In this document: positions 8,686 through 16,773 of the stretch, piece by piece | Numbering within the stretch: position 1 is the stretch's first letter | How the letters are laid out: each line of letters begins with the position of its first letter | Assembly: GCA_964608715.1 (NCBI GenBank) | Contig: CAZSPH010000003.1 | Location: forward strand, 1 to 43,278 | Direction: 5' to 3' | Length of the DNA: 43,278 bases | DNA from: an uncultured Gemmatimonadaceae bacterium | Lineage (GTDB): Bacteria; Gemmatimonadota; Gemmatimonadetes; Gemmatimonadales; GWC2-71-9 | The notes under the pieces: generated by a model | What the model saw: only the letters and a program-made list of their open reading frames with translations | What the model was told of the DNA's origin: nothing | Database searches by the model: none | Program-made: the position numbers and the translations under genes

Positions 8686-10311
8686 GTGACGATCGTCCTG
8701 CCGGTCAAGTACCAGCCCTCTCTTCCCGGAAGCTTCATTCTGGCCGACTCTCCCTCACCGGAGGCGATCGAACTCGATGTTCTGATCGTCGGCGGGGGAC
8801 CTGCGGGACTGGCTACTGCCATCAGGCTTGCGCGGCAGACTCCCGACCTTGCTGTCGGAGTGCTGGAGAAGGCGGCGTCGATCGGCGAACACATCCTGTC
8901 CGGCGCGGTGATGAAGCCGGGCCCGCTGATGGAGCTGTTCCCCGATGTTCCGCCGGCGGATCTTCCGTTCAGGCAGGCGGTGACGGGCGAGTCGGTCTAC
9001 TATATGACCGCCGGTGGGTCGATGAAGATCCCGACTCCGCCGACGATGAAGAATCACGGCAATCATGTCGCCTCGCTCTGCGAAGTGGTCCGCTGGATGG
9101 GTGAGAAGGCCGAAGAACTGGGCGTCAACATCTTTCCGGGCTTTCCCGCTGAGTCGCTGCTGGTAGAGGGCAACCGGGTAATCGGCGTTCGCACCACCGC
9201 TTCGGGGCTCAATCGCGATGGCACTCCCGGTGATGGCTACCAGGAGCCTACCGATCTGACCGCGAAGGTGGTCGTGCTGGCCGAAGGGACCCGTGGTCCG
9301 CTGGGTCAGGCCTGGCGGAGCTGGCAGGGTGTCGGTTCGCCGAATCCCCAGATCTTCGCACTCGGCGTCAAGGAAGTGTGGCAGGTAAAGCAGCCGCTCG
9401 ACCGGGTGATCCACACCATGGGATGGCCGCTCCCTTCCGATGCATTCGGTGGTTCCTTCGCCTATCCGATGGGACCGGACCAGGTCGCACTGGGCCTGGT
9501 GGTCGGGCTTGACTGGCATCAGACCGGCTTCGATGTCCATGAGGCGCTGCAGCGGCTCAAGCTTCATCCGTTGTTCCGGTCGATCATCGATGGCGGCGAA
9601 CTGATGGAGTGGGGTGCCAAGACGATCCCCGAGGGCGGCTACTACGCCATTCCCGACCGCCTTTCGGGAGATGGCCTGCTGATGATCGGTGACACTGCCG
9701 GCTTCGTCGACGTACCGTCGCTCAAGGGAGTCCACTATGCGATGCAGTCGGGGATCTTTGCTGCCGATGCGATCGCCGCTGCTCTCGCCGAGGGCGGCGA
9801 GCCGAGTGCCGAGCGTCTGGCACCGTACGATCAGGCGATACGCGAGTCATACATCGTGAAGGACATGTACCGTACCCGCAACATGCGTCTCGCCTTCCAT
9901 GATGGATTCGTCGCCGGTGGCATCAAGGCGGGACTGATGACGCTGACCGGCGGTCGCTTCCCCGGCGGGAAGATCGACATGCCGGCCGATGTCGAAGCAC
10001 CGCGTGTGGTGGAGCAGGTCGCCCCGTTCGTGCCCGACAACGTCATCACCTTCAGTAAGGTGGACGCGGTGTTCAAGTCGGGTAACGCGACCCGCGACAC
10101 GGTGCCGTCCCATCTGCTGGTGGGGCAGGACATCCCTGCGGAGATTGCGGAGTTCTACTCTCACGTCTGTCCTGCGGGGGTGTACGAGCTGAAGGACGGG
10201 GTGCTCCAGGTCAATCCGCCGAACTGCGTCGACTGCAAGGCTACCGACGTGGTCGGACCGCGCTGGCTGCCGCGCGAGGGGGGCAGCGGCCCCAGCTACA
10301 GGACAATGTGA
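8686..10311 (+). CDS. Electron transfer flavoprotein-ubiquinone oxidoreductase
   Basis: It has FAD-binding DVLIVGGGPAGL and a C-terminal 4Fe-4S region (CPAGVYE...NCVDCKATDV). GTG 8686 has AGGAG 9 nt upstream. The track start 8338 runs antisense through yigZ. Confidence 0.9.
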   Translation: MTIVLPVKYQPSLPGSFILADSPSPEAIELDVLIVGGGPAGLATAIRLARQTPDLAVGVLEKAASIGEHILSGAVMKPGPLMELFPDVPPADLPFRQAVTGESVYYMTAGGSMKIPTPPTMKNHGNHVASLCEVVRWMGEKAEELGVNIFPGFPAESLLVEGNRVIGVRTTASGLNRDGTPGDGYQEPTDLTAKVVVLAEGTRGPLGQAWRSWQGVGSPNPQIFALGVKEVWQVKQPLDRVIHTMGWPLPSDAFGGSFAYPMGPDQVALGLVVGLDWHQTGFDVHEALQRLKLHPLFRSIIDGGELMEWGAKTIPEGGYYAIPDRLSGDGLLMIGDTAGFVDVPSLKGVHYAMQSGIFAADAIAAALAEGGEPSAERLAPYDQAIRESYIVKDMYRTRNMRLAFHDGFVAGGIKAGLMTLTGGRFPGGKIDMPADVEAPRVVEQVAPFVPDNVITFSKVDAVFKSGNATRDTVPSHLLVGQDIPAEIAEFYSHVCPAGVYELKDGVLQVNPPNCVDCKATDVVGPRWLPREGGSGPSYRTM

Positions 10312-11459
10312 CGAGCCAGGTGATCGACCGGTCTGCTGGACGATGGGTCAGGCTCTGGGGCTGGCTCACTGCTCCTCCCGACGATGTGCTGGCCGATGCG
10401 GCGCGCGACGGCGAGATGCTGGTTGCCCGCGTCAGGGTGTGGATCACCCTGCTGGTGATGGTGATCCCGATTGTTGCCCTGGCAGTGGACAGTGAGCGGG
10501 GCGAGCACTACCTGGGAATGACGATCTCGACCACCGCCGTGGTGGTGGCGGTCATTCTGGAACGGGTAGTCCGTCGCGGCATCTATCGTCCCTGGATCGC
10601 TGCGGCGATCACCCTGGTGGATGCCACGCTGATATCGGCAGCGCTGTTCGTGTATGTCCTGGTCGGCAATCCGATCATCGCCTCCAACTCCAGGGTGGTG
10701 TTCGAAGCCTACTTCCTGGTCATCGCGGCCTCGGCACTGAGGTATGCCCCGAGGATGGTCGTACTGTCCGGGATGACCGTGTCGGTGCAGTTTCTGGGAC
10801 TCTCGCTGCTGGTGTGGTATACCTCGTCTCCCGAGGCCCTGGCCAATGAGACGGAGTACTACGGGGTCTTCGACTGGAGCACTCAGATCGCCAGGATCGT
10901 GATGCTGGTCGGGATGACGGTAGTGGCGCTGGCGGTGGTCGATCGTACCACGCGACTCAGGCGTCTCAGCACCTTCGACCGTCTCACCGGTCTGTTCAAC
11001 CGCTCCTATATCGAGGAATTCCTCGGCCACGAAGTGGTCCGTTCGACCCGCGAGCAGAGACCGATGGTGCTGGCAATGCTCGATGTCGACCACTTCAAGG
11101 AGTTCAACGACACCCACGGCCACGCCGCCGGTGATCTGGCGCTGAAAACGGTGGCCGATACGCTGAAGACCGCGCTGCGCCGCAGCGACGTCGTGGCCAG
11201 GTTCGGTGGGGAAGAGATCCTGATGGTGCTCCCCGGTACCACGGTGGAGGCAGCGATCGACAAGATGGAACAGGTACGGGTGAAGATCGGACTCGCCGAC
11301 ATCGCACTGCCACGGGGCGGGAGTGCCAGGGTGACCGTCTCGATAGGCGTGGCGTCGACTGCATCCGATGGGCCAGCGATCGACGCTCTCCTGGATGCCG
11401 CGGACGACAGAATGTACGATGCGAAGCGGGCCGGCAGGAACCGGGTGTTCGGGCCGTGA
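10308..11459 (+). CDS. Membrane-anchored diguanylate cyclase (GGDEF domain)
   Basis: The N-terminal half has about 6 TM helices. The C-terminal half has RLTGLFNR, an RRSD I-site and a GGEEI active-site variant. GTGA overlap with the ETF-QO stop. Confidence 0.85.
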   Translation: MTSQVIDRSAGRWVRLWGWLTAPPDDVLADAARDGEMLVARVRVWITLLVMVIPIVALAVDSERGEHYLGMTISTTAVVVAVILERVVRRGIYRPWIAAAITLVDATLISAALFVYVLVGNPIIASNSRVVFEAYFLVIAASALRYAPRMVVLSGMTVSVQFLGLSLLVWYTSSPEALANETEYYGVFDWSTQIARIVMLVGMTVVALAVVDRTTRLRRLSTFDRLTGLFNRSYIEEFLGHEVVRSTREQRPMVLAMLDVDHFKEFNDTHGHAAGDLALKTVADTLKTALRRSDVVARFGGEEILMVLPGTTVEAAIDKMEQVRVKIGLADIALPRGGSARVTVSIGVASTASDGPAIDALLDAADDRMYDAKRAGRNRVFGP

Positions 11460-11480
11460 CGGCGATCAGCTAACCGATCA

Positions 11481-11499
11481 GCCGCCGTCGTGAGGCGGC
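11481..11499 (+). terminator. Possible terminator hairpin after the GGDEF gene
   Basis: gccgcc-gtcgtga-ggcggc lies 22 nt after the stop codon. There is no U-tract, so support is weak. Confidence 0.3.
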
Positions 11500-11521
11500 G
11501 GTGATGATGCCACCATACCGT

Positions 11522-11663
11522 CGTCATTCCGACCGGAGGCCCGGCGAAGCCGGGCCGAAGCGGAGGAATCTGCTTTTCAGATGACAGCGGGCTGCGAGCG
11601 GAGAACAGAAAAAACAGATCCCTCGACTTCGTGACCATGCGGGTCACTCCGCTCGGGATGACG
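11522..11663. repeat. MITE/REP-like element with 16-bp imperfect terminal inverted repeats
   Basis: The left arm is cgtcattccgaccgga (11522-11537) and the right arm is tccgctcgggatgacg (11648-11663); 14 of 16 bases are complementary. An internal ggcccggc-gaa-gccgggcc hairpin lies at 11538-11556. It sits between convergent genes. A half-copy is at 35366-35400. Confidence 0.55.
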
Positions 11664-11691
11664 GGTACCACCCGCTGTTCGCAATTCGCCG

Positions 11692-12738
11692 TCAGCAGAC
11701 CCCCATCGCTACCGCCAGCTCCGCGTTCTGGATCGCCGCTCCGGCGGCACCGCGGATCAGGTTGTGCCCCAGCGCCACCAGCCTGATATCCCGCACCGGA
11801 CATTCCCTCACTCGCCCGACGGTCACCGTCATTCCGCTGCCGGCATCGCGGTCGCGGCGCGGCTGAGGCCGGTCCACCAGGTCGCTGACCACCACCGGCG
11901 TTGCCGGTGAGCCAGGCAGTCCCGCTACCAGTTCGCTGCCGCGGAAGGCCCGCAGGGTCGTGATCGCCTCGGCGGGTGTGGGACGTCTGGCGAATGCGAG
12001 TGATGCCGAGGTCAGGTGTCCGTCTACTACCGGTACACGATGGACCATCGCGCTGGCTGCGACGGGGGCAGGTCCCACCCTGCCGCCGGAGAAGATGCCG
12101 AGCAGTTTCCTTGACTCCGCCTCGATCTTCTCCTCTTCACCACCGATGAATGGGATCACATTGTCGATCAGATCGAGCGACGGCACACCCGGATAGCCGG
12201 CGCCACTGGCGGCCTGGAGTGTGGCCACCGTCATCTCTCTCAGTTCGAAGTCCCGGTGCAGCGGCGCGAGTGCCAGTACCAGCACGGTGGTCGAGCAGTT
12301 GGGATTGGCGATGATTCCGCCGCTCCAGCCGCGCTCCCGCCGCTGACGGTCCAGCATGCCGAGGTGTTCGGGATTCACCTCGGGGATCAACAGGGGAACG
12401 TCATCTGCCATCCTGAACGCCGAGGCATTGCTGACTACCAGTGCGCCTGCTGCTGCCCACTGCGGTTCGACCTCGCGGGCGATCGCGGCGTCGAGCGCCG
12501 AGAATACCAGTCGTATTCCTGGTACGGGACCGATCGGGGAGAGGGTGATCGCCGCAATTGCCGGGTCGAGCTGGGTCGGTTCCCGCCAGTTCACAGTTTC
12601 GCCGTAGCGGAGGCCGATCCGCTCGGCGGAGGCGGCCAGATGGGTGATCTCGAACCAGGGGTGGCCGGCGAGGAGAGCGACGAACTTCTGGCCGACGGCG
12701 CCGGTGGCGCCGAGAATGGAAACGGGGATGCGCGTCAT
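11692..12738 (-). CDS. asd: Aspartate-semialdehyde dehydrogenase
   Basis: [17 protein letters not shown] is a NAD(P)-binding N-terminus and NPNCSTT holds the active-site Cys. The track ORF (to 13074) is over-extended into terC. ATGA overlap with the terC stop. Confidence 0.93.
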   Translation of the reverse strand: MTRIPVSILGATGAVGQKFVALLAGHPWFEITHLAASAERIGLRYGETVNWREPTQLDPAIAAITLSPIGPVPGIRLVFSALDAAIAREVEPQWAAAGALVVSNASAFRMADDVPLLIPEVNPEHLGMLDRQRRERGWSGGIIANPNCSTTVLVLALAPLHRDFELREMTVATLQAASGAGYPGVPSLDLIDNVIPFIGGEEEKIEAESRKLLGIFSGGRVGPAPVAASAMVHRVPVVDGHLTSASLAFARRPTPAEAITTLRAFRGSELVAGLPGSPATPVVVSDLVDRPQPRRDRDAGSGMTVTVGRVRECPVRDIRLVALGHNLIRGAAGAAIQNAELAVAMGVC

Positions 12739-13694
12739 GGGTTCAAGGTAATCCTGGCCGCCCTCGCCTCCCTGCGCGTCCGCACCATCGACGCGATGAC
12801 TGCCGTGGCGAGTACTCCGATGATTATGCCCAGCGACAGCAGGATCGGCAGATGGAGGACCCCGGAGATCACCATCTTGATTCCGACGAAGACCAGGATC
12901 AGGGCGACGCCCGGCTTCAGGTAGTAGAACGAGTCGAGCATCCCGGCGAGCAGGAAGAAGAGAGCCCGGAGTCCGAGGATTGCGAAGACATTCGATGAGT
13001 AGACGATGAACGGATCGTCGGTCACCGCGAATACCGCCGGGATCGAATCGATTGCGAAGACCAGGTCGGTCCACTCGATCACCACCAGCACCAGCAGCAG
13101 CGGGGTTGCCAGCCAGCGGGTGCGGGTGCGGTAGAAGAACCTGTCATCATGATAGGTCTTCGACACCGGTATGATCCGCCGCACCAGGCGTACCAGCGGA
13201 TTGTTCTCCGGCTGGATCCGTTCCTCGCTCCCTGCGCTCACCATCCTGATTCCGGTGATGATCAGGAAACCGCCGAAGATGTAGATGATCCAGTGGAACT
13301 GCTGCAGCAGCATGGCACCGACGCCGATCATGATTCCGCGCATGATCAGGGCGCCGAAGATTCCCCACTTGAGCACCTTGGGCTGGAGCCGTGCCGGGAC
13401 TGCGAAGTACTGGAAGACCAGGATGAAGACGAAGAGGTTGTCGACCGACAGCGACAGCTCGATCAGGTAGCCGGTCAGGAACTCCAGTCCGTCGGCGCGT
13501 CCTTCCTTCCACCAGAGCCAGGCGCAGAAGGTCATCGCCAACGCGAAGAGGCCGCTGCACCAGGCAGCGGCCTCCTTCGTGGAGAGGACATGGGATCGGC
13601 GGTTGAGGACGCCGAGGTCGAGAATCAGCAGTCCGGCGATGATTGCCGTGAAGGTGATCCAGACCTCTGGCGGGTGCCCCGACGCAGCCAGCAC
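12735..13694 (-). CDS. terC: TerC/Alx-family integral membrane protein
   Basis: It carries the TerC hallmarks GYLIELSLSVDNLFVF and AIDSIPAVFAVT. The GTG start immediately follows the htpX TGA. Confidence 0.9.
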   Translation of the reverse strand: MLAASGHPPEVWITFTAIIAGLLILDLGVLNRRSHVLSTKEAAAWCSGLFALAMTFCAWLWWKEGRADGLEFLTGYLIELSLSVDNLFVFILVFQYFAVPARLQPKVLKWGIFGALIMRGIMIGVGAMLLQQFHWIIYIFGGFLIITGIRMVSAGSEERIQPENNPLVRLVRRIIPVSKTYHDDRFFYRTRTRWLATPLLLVLVVIEWTDLVFAIDSIPAVFAVTDDPFIVYSSNVFAILGLRALFFLLAGMLDSFYYLKPGVALILVFVGIKMVISGVLHLPILLSLGIIIGVLATAVIASMVRTRREARAARITLNP

Positions 13695-14528
13695 TCAGCG
13701 ACCGGCGTCGAGAGCCAGCAGTGCCTTGACCCGATCCTCGGTGGGCGGGTGCGTCGAGAAGAGCTTCATCATTCCCCCGCCGCGGAGCGGATTGACCTGG
13801 GCGAGCGGCGCGAAGGCCGGGTCGACATCCATCGGGATCTGCCGTGCCATCGCTTCGATCCGGGTCAGCGCCTGCGCCAGCGGGCGAGCCTGGCCCAGGA
13901 TCTCGGCGCCGGTGCGATCGGCGATGAACTCCCGCTGACGCGAGATCGCGAACTGCAGGACCATTGCAGCGATCGGCGCTATGATCGCCATCGCGATCTG
14001 GCCGAATCCGTTGCCTCCCTCCCGGCCCCGCCCGCCGGCGAACATCAGGATATACGGCACGTGTGAAAGCATGGCCGCCATGCCGGCAGCGATGGTGGAG
14101 ATCAACATGTCGCGGTTCTTGATGTGCGCCAGCTCGTGGGCGATCACTCCGGCGAGTTCGTCGCGCGGCAGTGCCCGCATGATCCCTTCCGTCACTGCCA
14201 CCACGGCCTTGTCGTAGGAGCGTCCGGTGGCAAAGGCGTTCGGCTGGGGCGAGGGGACGATGGCGACGCGGGGCATCGGCAGGCCGGCCCGCTGACGGAG
14301 TTCGTCGACCAGCCGGTACAGCTCGGGGGCCTCCTGCTCGGTTACCACCCGCGCCTTGTAGCCCCGCAGCACCATCGTGTCGGAGAACCAGAACGACACG
14401 AACGCCATGATCATGCCGATCGAGCCGCCGATCATCAAGCCGCCGCTGCCGCCCACCACCTGACCGACCGCGAGGCAGAGCGAGATCATGCCCGCCAGCA
14501 GTACGAAGGTCTTCACGCTGTTGATCAT
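13695..14528 (-). CDS. htpX: Zinc metalloprotease HtpX (peptidase M48)
   Basis: It has the HELAHIKNRD zinc motif and 4 TM segments. GAGGAGGAG lies 5-13 nt upstream of the ATG. Confidence 0.93.
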   Translation of the reverse strand: MINSVKTFVLLAGMISLCLAVGQVVGGSGGLMIGGSIGMIMAFVSFWFSDTMVLRGYKARVVTEQEAPELYRLVDELRQRAGLPMPRVAIVPSPQPNAFATGRSYDKAVVAVTEGIMRALPRDELAGVIAHELAHIKNRDMLISTIAAGMAAMLSHVPYILMFAGGRGREGGNGFGQIAMAIIAPIAAMVLQFAISRQREFIADRTGAEILGQARPLAQALTRIEAMARQIPMDVDPAFAPLAQVNPLRGGGMMKLFSTHPPTEDRVKALLALDAGR

Positions 14529-14597
14529 CCTGTCTCCTCCTCAAAATGCGAAGGCGAGCCTTCGTTCTCCGCGCGGCACCTGCCACGCAGCTCGAAC

Positions 14598-14710
14598 GAA
14601 GGTCTCGCCTGGAACGTCGAATCCGCTCCGGTCGTACCGTGCGGAGGATCGCTCCGCAGTCCTGACGATACGACCGGCCACCTGTCTCGGTGGCTGGGCT
14701 ACTCCCCTTC
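14598..14710 (-). promoter_or_regulatory. yybP-ykoY (Mn2+) riboswitch aptamer in the htpX-terC-asd leader
   Basis: The minus-strand RNA is GAAGGGGAGUAGC...CGUCA...GGAUUCGAC...AGGCGAGACCUUC. GAAGG/CCUUC forms P1, and there are three internal hairpins: GCCACC/GGUGGC, GGUCGUA/UACGACC enclosing GCGGAG/CUCCGC, and GGAGC/GUUCC. The conserved blocks match my recollection of the family, and a TerC gene lies downstream. Confidence 0.75.
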
Positions 14711-14846
14711 AACTGTGGAAATCTAGGGGGGAGCAGGGCGGAGGAGAAGGGGAGTGGAGGGCACGCGGGAAAATGTGCCTGGTTGCGCTGGATGGTACCG
14801 CTTCCAGGCGCCCGTACTCTCAACTTCCGTGCATCGATACCGACCC

Positions 14847-14875
14847 CTGACAGGTGGAGCCGCATGGGTTATACT
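14847..14875 (+). promoter_or_regulatory. Putative sigma70-type promoter giving a leaderless antitoxin mRNA
   Basis: CTGACA (14847-14852), a 17-nt spacer and TATACT (14870-14875) are followed 6 nt later by ATG 14882. There is no SD before that ATG. Confidence 0.45.
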
Positions 14876-14881
14876 ATTGGT

Positions 14882-15121
14882 ATGAAAACGGCCGTATCGC
14901 TTCCTGACGTTCTTTTCCTGGCCGCCGACCGCTATGCCCGGCAGGCAGGGAAGTCCCGCAGCCAGCTCTATGCCGATGCGCTGCGGGAGTACCTCGACCG
15001 GCACGCACCGGACGAGGTCACCGCAGCGATGAATCGGGTAGTGGACCAGCTGGGGGAGGATGACACTGCCGCATTCACGGCGGCCGCAGCCCGCCGTACG
15101 CTGGCGCAGTCCGAATGGTGA
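14882..15121 (+). CDS. Ribbon-helix-helix (CopG/MazE-like) antitoxin
   Basis: MKTAVSLPDVLFLAADRYARQAGKSRSQLYADALREYL is a typical RHH fold pattern. The 7-nt ATGGTGA overlap couples it to the toxin gene. An alternative start is ATG 14864. Confidence 0.8.
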   Translation: MKTAVSLPDVLFLAADRYARQAGKSRSQLYADALREYLDRHAPDEVTAAMNRVVDQLGEDDTAAFTAAAARRTLAQSEW

Positions 15122-15462
15122 CGATCGGTCGAGGCGAGGTATGGTGGGCCGAGCTTCCCGAACCGGCCGGGTCAGGTCCCGGCTTCCGCCGCCCGGTCGT
15201 GGTGGTTCAGGGCGATTCTCTCAACCGTTCCCGGCTTGGGACTGTGGTGTGCGTACCTCTGACCAGCAACGTCCGGTGGGTGGACGCGCCCGGAGGAGTG
15301 CTGCTCCCGGGCAGGGCGACAGGCCTGGCCAGGCCATCGGTAGCCAACGCCACTCAGATTCTCTCGATCGACCGGTCGCTGCTCGTCAGCCAGTCGGGTC
15401 GGATTCCACCCCGATACCTGAACCAGGTGCTGCACGGGATCGATGTGGTGCTGGGGCGGTGA
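15115..15462 (+). CDS. MazF/PemK-family toxin (mRNA interferase)
   Basis: The 115-aa product reads RGEVWWAELPEP...RRPVVVVQGD...VVCVPLTS...SVANATQILSIDRSLL, which is the PemK/MazF pattern. Confidence 0.85.
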   Translation: MVTIGRGEVWWAELPEPAGSGPGFRRPVVVVQGDSLNRSRLGTVVCVPLTSNVRWVDAPGGVLLPGRATGLARPSVANATQILSIDRSLLVSQSGRIPPRYLNQVLHGIDVVLGR

Positions 15463-15473
15463 GTTTCTTTCCG

Positions 15474-16766
15474 CTATAGCGAAACCACTCCCACCTCATC
15501 CCCCGCGTCCACCACCCCTTCCCCCGCCTCCACCACCGCCAGCGCATGCGCCGCCGCGATCGAGCTGAGCACCCACGAGCCCTGACCGCCGGTCAGTCTC
15601 GCCACCGGGAGAGCACCGGTGCCGCCGTCCTCCAGCCGCACCCTGACATACTGGTCCAGCACCGGATGCCGTTGCACGGCCTCGCCCATCGTCGCGCGCC
15701 CGATCCGGGGCAGCGGCTGAGGGTCGCCCAGCATCGCCCGGATCAGGGGAGCGGCAAAGAGATGGAAGGTGACGAAGGCGCTCACCGGGTTGCCGGGCAG
15801 TGCCAGCCATGGCCTGCCGTCCTGCCGCACCGCCAGCGTCGTCGGACCACCGGGCCGCACCCTGACCCGCCTGAAGACCGTCCGCGCGCCCAGTGCCGCC
15901 ATTGCATCCGGTACGTGATCGCGCGCACCCACCGAAATTCCGCCGACGGTGATCACCACATCGGCATCATCAGCACCGGTCACGGCCGCAGCGATTGCCT
16001 CGGTCGCATCCGGCACCACGCCTGGGGTTACCGGAACACCGCCCGACTGCCGCACCAGTGCCGCCAGCATCGGAGTGTTGGCGTCGATGATCCGTTCACC
16101 CGCCGCCACCTGATCGATTCCGGCGAAAGACACCACCTCGTTACCCGAACAGATGATGGCGACCCGCGGGGGCCGGCTCACCTTCACGACAGCCTCGCCC
16201 AGCGAGGCGAGCATCGCGATGACCGCCGGGTTCACCACGGTGCCGCTCTTCAGTACCAGATCGCCGGCAGCAACGTCCCCGCCAATGGGTCGAACGTTGC
16301 GCCCCGCATCGCGATCGTCGAATATGATCAGGTTGTCCGGCTGCGGTATCGGGCCCGGTGTGGTGGCGCCTGACCGGGCGACGCATGGCGTCGCTCCTGC
16401 CGCATTCCCGGTTCGACAATGCTCCTGGCGGATCACGCTGTCGGCGCCGGCCGGCACCCGCCCACCGGTTGCCACGCGCCAGGCAGTGCCGTCAGCGAGC
16501 GGTGGCGGCTCCATCCCGCCGGCATCATCGCCCCCCGCGACCGACAGCCGTACCGGCGTCGATGTCGACGCGCCCCGGACGTCGGCGCCGCGCACCGCCC
16601 AGCCGTCCATCGACGATCCGGTCCAGCGGGGGAGCGACCATCGCGCAGCAATGTCCTCCGCGAGGACACGGCTCAGGGCGTCATGGAGCGGAACAGCCAT
16701 TCCCCCGGTCGGCCGGGCGAAAGCGAGAATCGCCCGCCGGGCTTCCAGCACCGATATAGCAGTCAC
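15474..16766 (-). CDS. moeA: Molybdopterin molybdenumtransferase
   Basis: The 430-aa product has the MoeA/gephyrin-E architecture (GSSMDGWAVR, GEDV-like GGDVAAGD, SGNEV, TVGGISVGARD, LPGNPVSA). Confidence 0.9.
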   Translation of the reverse strand: MTAISVLEARRAILAFARPTGGMAVPLHDALSRVLAEDIAARWSLPRWTGSSMDGWAVRGADVRGASTSTPVRLSVAGGDDAGGMEPPPLADGTAWRVATGGRVPAGADSVIRQEHCRTGNAAGATPCVARSGATTPGPIPQPDNLIIFDDRDAGRNVRPIGGDVAAGDLVLKSGTVVNPAVIAMLASLGEAVVKVSRPPRVAIICSGNEVVSFAGIDQVAAGERIIDANTPMLAALVRQSGGVPVTPGVVPDATEAIAAAVTGADDADVVITVGGISVGARDHVPDAMAALGARTVFRRVRVRPGGPTTLAVRQDGRPWLALPGNPVSAFVTFHLFAAPLIRAMLGDPQPLPRIGRATMGEAVQRHPVLDQYVRVRLEDGGTGALPVARLTGGQGSWVLSSIAAAHALAVVEAGEGVVDAGDEVGVVSL

Positions 16767-16773
16767 CGGACGA

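Noticed and set aside
12739-13074. A 112-codon N-terminal extension of asd. Similar extensions are 18711-18959 for the OMP, 31440-32159 for ubiE, 38843-38926 for the repeat protein and 34288-34359 for ubiA.
   Set aside because: Each extension overlaps a well-supported neighbouring gene or its antisense strand and is Arg/Gly/Pro-rich. Internal starts give canonical N-termini or signal peptides.
14605-14630. The GGAUUCGACG string on the minus strand resembles the 5' end of tmRNA, and cgtcgaatcc resembles a tRNA T-loop.
   Set aside because: No acceptor or T-stem complementarity is present. No tag reading frame or 3' tRNA-like end fits before htpX only ~70 nt away. The motif is explained as a loop of the yybP-ykoY-like aptamer.
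14864-14881. The alternative antitoxin start at ATG 14864 (MGYTIGMKT...).
   Set aside because: It is not excluded, but the GGAG spacing is only 4 nt and the ATG falls inside the predicted promoter spacer. RHH antitoxins normally begin right at the beta-strand (MKTAVSLP).
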